DNA of 37,821 bases from Actinomycetota bacterium (GTDB lineage: Bacteria > Actinomycetota > Acidimicrobiia > Spongiisociales > UBA5794): the NCBI GenBank assembly GCA_034660155.1, contig JAYEIP010000084.1, positions 1 through 37,821 on the forward strand. The letters are read 5' to 3'. How positions within the stretch are numbered: position 1 is the first letter of the stretch; every line of letters begins with the position of its first letter. Below are positions 1 through 6,689 of the stretch, piece by piece. The notes beneath the pieces were generated by a model. That model was not told the origin of the DNA. It saw only the letters and a list, made by a program, of their open reading frames with translations, and did not search any database. Both the position numbers and the translations under genes were made by a program.

Positions 1-17
1 TAAGTCAAGCGGCGGCT

Positions 18-82
18 ATCAGTCCCCCTCCGGGGAAAGTACCGCAGGCGCTAGCCGGGGGGGGTCTGAGCAGGTGTCCGAA
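18..82 (-). repeat. Mosaic intergenic repeat, copy A (modules M3 and M1, reverse orientation)
   Basis: The reverse complement reads ttcggacacctgctcag (M1) ... ccggctagcgcctgcggtactttccccggagggggactgat (M3). This matches modules at 12616-12803, and M1 also at 19916 and 37567. Confidence 0.6.
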
Positions 83-219
83 ACGCGTTGGTCCACGACG
101 TGTCCCCTCACGTCCTTGGTGTAATCCCGCTACCCAGTTAGCATTCCGGTTCGGCGGCGGAGAAGGGGAGAAGAAAACAACTCTTGCGGTCGGTGCGCTC
201 CGGACGCAAAGGGAGTTTC

Positions 220-1134
220 ATGATCCGTCTCCAGAATGTAACCAAGGTCTACGACAACAGTGTCGTAGCCCTAAGAGAAGTCAGCCTTGAAGTCGGGAAG
301 GGCGAGTTCGTCTTTCTCGTGGGCCCTTCGGGTTCGGGCAAATCCACGCTGCTGCGTTTGATGATGCGTGAGGAACGGCCTGATTCCGGGGAAGTGTGGG
401 TTGCCGGAAAGCATGCATCGGCTTTGCCTTCATGGAAGGTCCCGCATCTGCGCCGCTCGATCGGTACCGTATTCCAGGATTTCAAGTTGCTGCCGAATAA
501 GACGGTCTACGAGAACGTTTCTTTTGCGCTCGAAGTGACGGGGAGATCACGTCATGTCATTCGTAGCCAGGTTCCGCAGGTGCTCAAGCTCGTCGGCCTG
601 TCCGACAAGGCTGATCGACAGCCCCGTCAGCTCTCTGGCGGTGAGCAGCAGCGTGTCTCGGTCGCCAGGGCCTTTGCTAACCGCCCGCTCATACTTCTCG
701 CCGATGAGCCGACCGGCAACCTCGACCCCGGCACGTCTGTCGGGATCATGCGAATCCTTGACCGAATCAACAGGACGGGCACCACAGTGGTCATGGCTAC
801 GCACGATCATGCCATTGTCGATGCCATGCGTCGCCGCGTCGTGCAACTCGATGAGGGCCGGGTAATCCGCGATCAGCGCAGCGGGGCATACGAGGTCAGA
901 GTGCAGGCCAGTGCAGCAGCGACGGCGGGGCGTGAACCGGCGCCGGCCACCAAAGAGACCGTTGCTCCAGACCCACCTGCCGCCGCCCCATCGGTCGACG
1001 CCGCGGTGGAGCCCGTAGTTGAGCCGGCACCAGCGGTCGCTGAGCCCGTAGAGAAGCTGCCCAATGTAACCGCCACCTCTGAACACGATTCAGCCGAGGC
1101 CAACCCAGCCGAAACCGAAGAGGCGGGTACCTGA
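220..1134 (+). CDS. ftsE: Cell-division ABC ATPase FtsE with a ~78-aa Pro/Ala/Glu-rich C-terminal tail
   Basis: Walker [13 protein letters not shown] signature LSGGEQQR, Walker [11 protein letters not shown]-loop ATHD. ATG at 220 is preceded by GGGAG (211-215). The stop TGA overlaps the ftsX ATG by 1 nt. The ORF-track start at 184 is a TTG upstream extension. Confidence 0.9.
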   Translation: MIRLQNVTKVYDNSVVALREVSLEVGKGEFVFLVGPSGSGKSTLLRLMMREERPDSGEVWVAGKHASALPSWKVPHLRRSIGTVFQDFKLLPNKTVYENVSFALEVTGRSRHVIRSQVPQVLKLVGLSDKADRQPRQLSGGEQQRVSVARAFANRPLILLADEPTGNLDPGTSVGIMRILDRINRTGTTVVMATHDHAIVDAMRRRVVQLDEGRVIRDQRSGAYEVRVQASAAATAGREPAPATKETVAPDPPAAAPSVDAAVEPVVEPAPAVAEPVEKLPNVTATSEHDSAEANPAETEEAGT

Positions 1135-2015
1135 TGCGGATTGCATATGTCTTGAGGGAAGCGTTTAACAACATCCGCCGCAACGGTCTGGTCGTCCTCG
1201 GTGCGGTGCTGGCAGTATTTGTGTCGTTGTTCCTCACATTTGGCACATTGATCTTTGGCGAGATCGCGAGGGTTAATACCGAGCGCTGGCAAGAAGACGT
1301 TCGCGTTATCGGATTCCTTCGCGTTGACTTCCGTGAAGTTGATGCCTTGATCCTGGAGATCGAAGGCTGGGCGGAGGTTGACAAAGTGATCTACTACACC
1401 CCGGCGAAGGCTCTTGACGAGGCGCGTGTGCTGTTTGCTGATGATCCCCGGCAGTTGCAGATAATTGAAGAGGATCCCTCGATCATCCCGGCTTCGATCC
1501 GCGTTCGGCCGGTCGACCTCAACGAATACGACACCATCAAGCAGCGTCTCACGAACTCGCCGGGTGTTTCCCAAGTGATCTCCGCCGATGAGGCGGTGCA
1601 ACAGATCGCAGCGATTCGAGACGGGCTGCGAGTCTTCTTCTGGGTGCTTGCGGTGGCCCTCGGGGTAGCAGCAATCGCGCTGATTGCGAATACGATCCAC
1701 ATGGCTATTTATGCACGTCGCGAAGAGCTCGAGATCATGCAGCTTGTTGGAGCCAGCAACTGGTTTGTACGGACCCCGTTTGTCATTGAGGGCGTGGTCG
1801 AAGGGGTCTTGGGATCGAGTCTGGCGATCGTCAGCGGCATCGGGCTATACAACCTGGCACGGGACCGGCTTGCCGATCTGCCGGAGTTCATCAACCTGAC
1901 CATTGACAGCTCGTTCTTGGTGCAGTGGGGGATTCTGATGGTGGCCTTCGGTGCGATAGTGGGGATGATCGGTAGCGGAATTTCGCTCGCTGTTCACAAG
2001 TTCGTTCGCACATGA
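1134..2015 (+). CDS. ftsX: Cell-division permease-like protein FtsX
   Basis: 293 aa with an N-terminal REAFNNIRRNG segment plus TM helix, a large extracytoplasmic loop and three C-terminal TM helices. It lies immediately after ftsE and has an ATGA overlap with the next gene. Confidence 0.85.
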   Translation: MRIAYVLREAFNNIRRNGLVVLGAVLAVFVSLFLTFGTLIFGEIARVNTERWQEDVRVIGFLRVDFREVDALILEIEGWAEVDKVIYYTPAKALDEARVLFADDPRQLQIIEEDPSIIPASIRVRPVDLNEYDTIKQRLTNSPGVSQVISADEAVQQIAAIRDGLRVFFWVLAVALGVAAIALIANTIHMAIYARREELEIMQLVGASNWFVRTPFVIEGVVEGVLGSSLAIVSGIGLYNLARDRLADLPEFINLTIDSSFLVQWGILMVAFGAIVGMIGSGISLAVHKFVRT

Positions 2016-3196
2016 GGCGTTTGCTGCTCCTCGGGATCGTTGCCGCGCTTGTTGCCCAGGCTGGGGTCGCCGGGGGGTTCGATCTGTCCGATGATCTTGC
2101 TGAGGTCAATCGCAGAATCGACGCCGTCAATGAGCGGATCGTCGCCGCCAACTCCGGCAGAACAGCAGTGGTCGCCGACATTGTGGCAACCCGCGATCAG
2201 CTCGAACTGCGCCAGGCTGAGTTATTCGCCACCGAGGATGAGCTGGATTCGACGGAACAGCAACGTCTGGAACGCGAGGGGGTCCTGGACAGTCTCCGGC
2301 GTCAGCTCCAGGAGTCGTACCAGGCGCTCATCGAGACGAGACGTAGCCTCGTTGCATCGAAGGAGGAGGCCCGCGAGTGGGTGCGGGCCGCCTACATAGG
2401 TACCAACGATGGTCTGGACACCGTGGCTTTCTCGGCTGATACGGTCACCAGTGTCTACGTCGGTCTTGAGTACCTGTCATTGCTGGCGGCCGAGAATGAC
2501 CGATCCATTCTTGTGTACGAGTCTTTGCAGACCCAGGAGGAACGGCAGCAGGTTCGCATCGAGTCGGATGAAACCGAAGTGGCGGACCAGGTTGGACAGC
2601 TAGAGGACATTGAGGCGGAACTGGCTGCGCTGGCTGCTGAACAAGCAGAGCAGGCTGCCGCGGTCGCGACGGATCTGGCTGCTCTGGCGACCAAGCTGGA
2701 CAAGGTCGATGAGGATATTGCTGAGTTTGCGGACGAGCTCGATGGCCTGGAGGCGGAGCAATCGCGTGTTGAGCAGCTGATTGAGGGAGAGGCTTCGAAG
2801 GATGGAATCGCACCGGGGATCCTGGTACGACCGGTTCCGGGAGCGATCACATCTCCCTTTGGCATGCGGATGCATCCGATCCTGGGTTACTCCAGGATGC
2901 ACACAGGTGTCGATATGAGCGCACCGCTCGGTCAGGAGATCAAGGCTGGCGGCTCCGGCCGAGTCATTCTCGCCGGGCCGTACGGTGGCTACGGCAATGC
3001 GGTGATCATCGACCACGGCGGCGGTATGACAACGCTGTACGCCCACCAATCCCAGTTGAATGTCTCATATGGGCAACAGGTAGCAGCAGCAGACATCATT
3101 GGCTACGTTGGGTCCACCGGACTGTCGACCGGCCCGCACCTCCACTTCGAGGTGCGACTCAGCGGCCGCGTCGTTGACCCGGAGGACTACATCTAA
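2012..3196 (+). CDS. Secreted coiled-coil M23 metallopeptidase (EnvC/PcsB-style FtsEX partner)
   Basis: Hydrophobic N-terminus, ~240 aa of Glu/Leu/Ala/Gln-rich coiled-coil-like sequence, and a C-terminal M23 domain. Both metal motifs are intact: HTGVD (HxxxD) and GPHLHFE (HxH). There is a 4-nt ATGA overlap with ftsX. Confidence 0.85.
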   Translation: MRRLLLLGIVAALVAQAGVAGGFDLSDDLAEVNRRIDAVNERIVAANSGRTAVVADIVATRDQLELRQAELFATEDELDSTEQQRLEREGVLDSLRRQLQESYQALIETRRSLVASKEEAREWVRAAYIGTNDGLDTVAFSADTVTSVYVGLEYLSLLAAENDRSILVYESLQTQEERQQVRIESDETEVADQVGQLEDIEAELAALAAEQAEQAAAVATDLAALATKLDKVDEDIAEFADELDGLEAEQSRVEQLIEGEASKDGIAPGILVRPVPGAITSPFGMRMHPILGYSRMHTGVDMSAPLGQEIKAGGSGRVILAGPYGGYGNAVIIDHGGGMTTLYAHQSQLNVSYGQQVAAADIIGYVGSTGLSTGPHLHFEVRLSGRVVDPEDYI

Positions 3197-3224
3197 TGGA
3201 CTGCGCCTCGAGGCGTGTTCGCTG

Positions 3225-3680
3225 ATGGCCGGGCACAAGGTGGTGGCCACCAACCGGCGCGCCCGACACGAATACGACATTCTCGACACCTTCGAATGCG
3301 GGATGGTCCTCCGTGGGTCTGAAGTGAAGAGCCTGCGGGATGCCCAGATCCAGCTCAAGGATGCTTACGCGGATATCAGGGATGGCGAGATCTGGCTAGA
3401 AAATGCCCATATCGCTCCGTACCAGTTCGCCCTCGGCGGAGGGCACGATCCAGAACGACCACGCAAGCTTCTGCTCCACCGGCGTGAGATTCAGAAGCTC
3501 GTCGGCAAAGTGAACGAAGCGGGGCTAACCCTTGTACCTCTCCAGGTCTACTTCAAGAACGGCAAAGCCAAAGTCGAGATCGGATTAGCCAGGGGCCGTC
3601 GCACTTACGACAAGCGCCAGAGGATCCGCGAACGGATGGAAAAGCGCGAGATGGACCGAGCCCAACGCCACCGCCGCTAA
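3225..3680 (+). CDS. smpB: SsrA-binding protein SmpB
   Basis: Sequence KVVATNRRARHEYDI...GMVLRGSEVKSLR...IAPY...RPRKLLLHRREI plus a basic C-terminal tail. ATG at 3225. The ORF-track start at 3099 overlaps the M23 gene and is not needed. Confidence 0.92.
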   Translation: MAGHKVVATNRRARHEYDILDTFECGMVLRGSEVKSLRDAQIQLKDAYADIRDGEIWLENAHIAPYQFALGGGHDPERPRKLLLHRREIQKLVGKVNEAGLTLVPLQVYFKNGKAKVEIGLARGRRTYDKRQRIRERMEKREMDRAQRHRR

Positions 3681-3756
3681 GTCAGTACTACCAAGTACCT
3701 AGTACCAGGTACAACCCGACCTCCCTCTTCGCGTTGCATGCTTCGATGCAGGTGCC

Positions 3757-4602
3757 CTAGGTCTCCGTCGCCATCTCTTCGAGCTGGGCGAAGATCTGGT
3801 CCACGTTATCGACATCGAGTGCACCGGCTACGCGCAACACGACTGTTCCCTCGGCGTCGGTGACTGCCCAGAACGGAAATGCAGTCGTTCCGAAGAGCTG
3901 GGCCACCTCGCCGGTCTCGTCAACGATCACGGGAAATGGGAATTGCTCTGAGTCGAGGTAGGGGACCAGTGGATTATCCCGGGTATCGTCGATTGCCGAG
4001 CTAATCGTCACTAGTTCCACGTTGGGAAATCGTGCCGCGTTTGCCGGGTACCACTCTTTGAGCTCCGGCAACTCCGCCTGGCAGTACGGGCACCAGTGGG
4101 CCCATACCATCCAGACACGAGCCTTGCCGTCGGTTGCGGCAAAACTGGCATCAGCGCCGGTGTAGTACTCGGGGCCGCTAATGGTGGCGATCGTCATCGC
4201 GTTCAGGACCGCGGCGTCGTTGGCGCTGTCTTGGAACGGCGGGAGGCTGCCGTCTGCACCCTGGGCGACGACAGCGGTGGGGGAGGCACCCGTCGTGGCC
4301 CCGGAGGCGAGGCGGCTGTCGAGAGCAGCGACCTGAGAGCCGAGAATGTCGACATCGCGGCGCAGCGGCTTGAGATCCGTTACGTCTTCGGCGAGGGCAG
4401 CTACCTCATCGCTGGTGTTGCTCGTTTGCCGTAGTTGGATGATCTGGACTGCCAGGACTGTTACCAGCAATAAGATTACAAGTCCGAGCAGACCCTTGGT
4501 TAAGTCGCGTGTTTTGGGGCTGGCGACGGCGGGTGGGTCGGTCCGCTCGAGGGTATCGAGCTCAGCTTCGAGCGCGTCAGGAGACGCCGTTGTTTCTTCC
4601 AT
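3757..4602 (-). CDS. Membrane-anchored TlpA/ResA-like thiol-disulfide oxidoreductase
   Basis: One N-terminal TM helix (LLGLVILLLVTVLAV), then a C-terminal thioredoxin-fold region with the WCPYC active-site motif. Confidence 0.75.
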   Translation of the reverse strand: MEETTASPDALEAELDTLERTDPPAVASPKTRDLTKGLLGLVILLLVTVLAVQIIQLRQTSNTSDEVAALAEDVTDLKPLRRDVDILGSQVAALDSRLASGATTGASPTAVVAQGADGSLPPFQDSANDAAVLNAMTIATISGPEYYTGADASFAATDGKARVWMVWAHWCPYCQAELPELKEWYPANAARFPNVELVTISSAIDDTRDNPLVPYLDSEQFPFPVIVDETGEVAQLFGTTAFPFWAVTDAEGTVVLRVAGALDVDNVDQIFAQLEEMATET

Positions 4603-4658
4603 GACTGAAGTATGCCCGGGAATGCATATCAGAGCGAGTCGAGTTTGCCCCTCGGCGA

Positions 4659-5201
4659 CTATTTTACCGTTGGCGGCGGTGTTGAGTCGGCGGCCACTTC
4701 AGCCGCCTGTTCGGCTCCGCGCACAGTGACCATCGGTTCTTTGCCCGTTAGGTCGACCAATGTGTGAGCCGGCTCGAGGATGTTGCGCAACTCGTCGATA
4801 GAACCGGCGACACGGGTGGCAATGCCGTCGATCATGACGTTGTTGCCGCCAGGCTCGCCGTCGCGAAAGTCTGTCTTGAGGCCGATGACCCGCTTGTTCA
4901 TTCCCCACGCGATCCCTGCTTCGATACAGGCCCCCTCGTCGGGTACCCGGCCATCAAGGACGAACACCACAAGGTCCGCTTCCTGGACCTCCTTGATGTT
5001 CAAACGGAAGATGTGCTCGCGGGCTTCTTCAATCGTCATGCCGTCCTTTTCCAGCATGTCGGAGAGCAGACCCACGTCTTCCTGGGGGAACCAGGTGGAA
5101 TAGCCCAGTTCATGGATCATCGCAACTACTTGCCGGTTGAAGGCACGTTCGCCTTCGTTGAACAAGCTGGCCGCGTAATAGACGCGAGGCTGGCGTGACA
5201 T
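4659..5201 (-). CDS. Nucleoside 2-deoxyribosyltransferase-like protein
   Basis: N-terminal VYYAASLFNEGERAFN motif and the size (180 aa) are typical of the family as I recall it. Confidence 0.6.
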   Translation of the reverse strand: MSRQPRVYYAASLFNEGERAFNRQVVAMIHELGYSTWFPQEDVGLLSDMLEKDGMTIEEAREHIFRLNIKEVQEADLVVFVLDGRVPDEGACIEAGIAWGMNKRVIGLKTDFRDGEPGGNNVMIDGIATRVAGSIDELRNILEPAHTLVDLTGKEPMVTVRGAEQAAEVAADSTPPPTVK

Positions 5202-5359
5202 TCGATTGTGCCCTTCCGTGGCCTCTTGCGCACCAAGACCACTTGGCTACGCACAGTAGCGGCGAACCTGAGACGACGCACGTCTCTGCTGATGGTGTCG
5301 TTTGGCGGAAAACCCGAGTATCCTTGGGGGGACGGACATATGACCCGTACTCCGTTCGT

Positions 5360-5713
5360 GGGGGTGACATGGTTTCGACTGTGAGGGTTGAGGTGTCGGA
5401 AGCGAGCCGAGGAACCCCGGAGTCCTCGTTAAATTGCCGGGAAACAAATACGTGCCGACAACGAACTGGCACTGGCTGCCTAAATAAGGCGCCTGTCCGC
5501 CCGGGGGGTCCCTGCCTCGCCGGAATCGGGCAACGCAATGCAGGGTGCTCTCGTCCGGGAAGTCAGGACCGACGAGTCAAGACTTAACTGACTAGGGCCT
5601 TGGGAAACTGGCCAGCAGAGTCCCTTGGCCCGAAAACTCGCTGCTGGCTGCGCTCGGAGATGCCGGCGCTGATACCTCATAGGACGGGGGTTCGATTCCC
5701 CCCACCTCCACCA
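5360..5713 (+). ncRNA. ssrA: tmRNA (transfer-messenger RNA)
   Basis: The 5' GGGGGTG pairs with 3' CACCTCC, including a G3:U wobble (alanine identity), followed by ACCA. T-arm is GGGGG-TTCGATT-CCCCC. The internal tag frame GCC GAC AAC GAA CTG GCA CTG GCT GCC TAA (5454-5483) encodes ADNELALAA-stop. smpB lies nearby. Confidence 0.93.
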
Positions 5714-5718
5714 CGATC

Positions 5719-5752
5719 GAAGAAGCCCCGCCAATAACGGCCGGGCTTCTTC
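5719..5752 (+). terminator. Stem-loop terminator after ssrA
   Basis: A perfect 10-bp stem, gaagaagccc (5719-5728) with gggcttcttc (5743-5752), has a 14-nt loop and a T-containing tail (gcattctt). Confidence 0.6.
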
Positions 5753-6000
5753 GCATTCTTGACTGAGGGAATCAGCGGGCTTCGTCGCGTGGCCTTTTTT
5801 CTGTCTGGAGCCTTGTACCCGCGGCCTCAGCCTTCCAAGGGCATTTCTTAGCGACCCTGCCCTCGCGGTCGGGGCCGCTGGTTCGGACAGGGAGGGGATC
5901 CGAGTGTGTGAACCCTCACGACACAAAGGGACCTCCGGCACGTTCCAGTCCTAGCTCCGCGCGATATCCTGTTATCAGAGGCATGGACGTGGAGGTTGAT

Positions 6001-6177
6001 ATGTTGCGCCCCGGTACCAAGGTCCGCAGGATGACAAAGAAGGTTGGTCAGCCATCGCCAGAGGGCAAGATCCTCGCCACCAGAGGTAGCGCCTATGAGA
6101 TCCGATGGGAAGACGGCCACACCAGCATCACAGACGCCATTGGGGTCGTGAAAGTGAAAAAGGACGAACACCGCTAG
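6001..6177 (+). CDS. Small DUF1918-like protein
   Basis: 58 aa containing G.PSPEGKILATRGSAYEIRWEDGHTS, which resembles the DUF1918 core (...VRWxDGHE...). ATG at 6001 has GGAGG 5 nt upstream (5991-5995). The ORF-track start at 5908 is possible but unneeded. Confidence 0.55.
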   Translation: MLRPGTKVRRMTKKVGQPSPEGKILATRGSAYEIRWEDGHTSITDAIGVVKVKKDEHR

Positions 6178-6254
6178 GACCCCGGTGAGTCGGACCCTTG
6201 TGTGGTCCTGCTTGTTGCCGACAGTGAAGCCACAGCACCCGGAAGGGAAGAGCT

Positions 6255-6689
6255 GTGGCGAAGACAGTTGGCAACTTCAACAACGGAGTGATCGAGCAGC
6301 AAGAGCCGCCCTGGGCTAACTCCACCGAGCAGCAGTTCGCCTCGCTCCTAGATAGTTACGGCGTTGAGTGGCAGCACGAGCCACACCGGTTTCCGATCGC
6401 TTTCGACAATGCCGGCTTGCCAAGCGAGTTCTTCACCCCCGACTTCTATCTTCCCGAGACGGATGAGTACATCGAGCTCACAGTGTTGAGGCAATGCCTG
6501 TGCACCAAGAAGAACCGCAAGCTGCGGTTGATGACGGAGTTGTACCCGGACATCCGGTGCCGCATCATCTACCGGAGGGATTATGAGCATCTTGCCCTCA
6601 AATATGGGTGGGAGCCCGATCCTGGTTTTCCTCAGCTCGGTTTGCCGACCCGGCCTCCCGGGCCGCCGCGGATTCGTGTTACGGCTTGA
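6255..6689 (+). CDS. Conserved hypothetical protein, possibly with a restriction-endonuclease-like fold
   Basis: GTG start with GGAAGGGA upstream. The motif FTPDFYLPE...YIELT loosely resembles a PD-(D/E)xK core, but no lysine follows the Glu. The stop abuts the stop of the convergent gene with a 0-nt gap. Confidence 0.45.
   Translation: MAKTVGNFNNGVIEQQEPPWANSTEQQFASLLDSYGVEWQHEPHRFPIAFDNAGLPSEFFTPDFYLPETDEYIELTVLRQCLCTKKNRKLRLMTELYPDIRCRIIYRRDYEHLALKYGWEPDPGFPQLGLPTRPPGPPRIRVTA

Noticed and set aside
184-219. TTG start at 184 for ftsE
   Set aside because: It adds 12 basic residues before the canonical MIRL..V.K.Y N-terminus. The ATG at 220 has a GGGAG Shine-Dalgarno at the right distance.
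873-1700. 275-aa minus-strand ORF antisense to ftsE/ftsX
   Set aside because: It lies wholly inside well-supported plus-strand genes. It has low-complexity Arg/Ala/Ser-rich composition, typical of stop-poor antisense frames in GC-rich DNA.
3099-3224. N-terminal extension of smpB
   Set aside because: It overlaps the 3' end of the M23 gene, and its translation is Arg/Ser/Thr-rich filler. The canonical SmpB N-terminus starts at ATG 3225.
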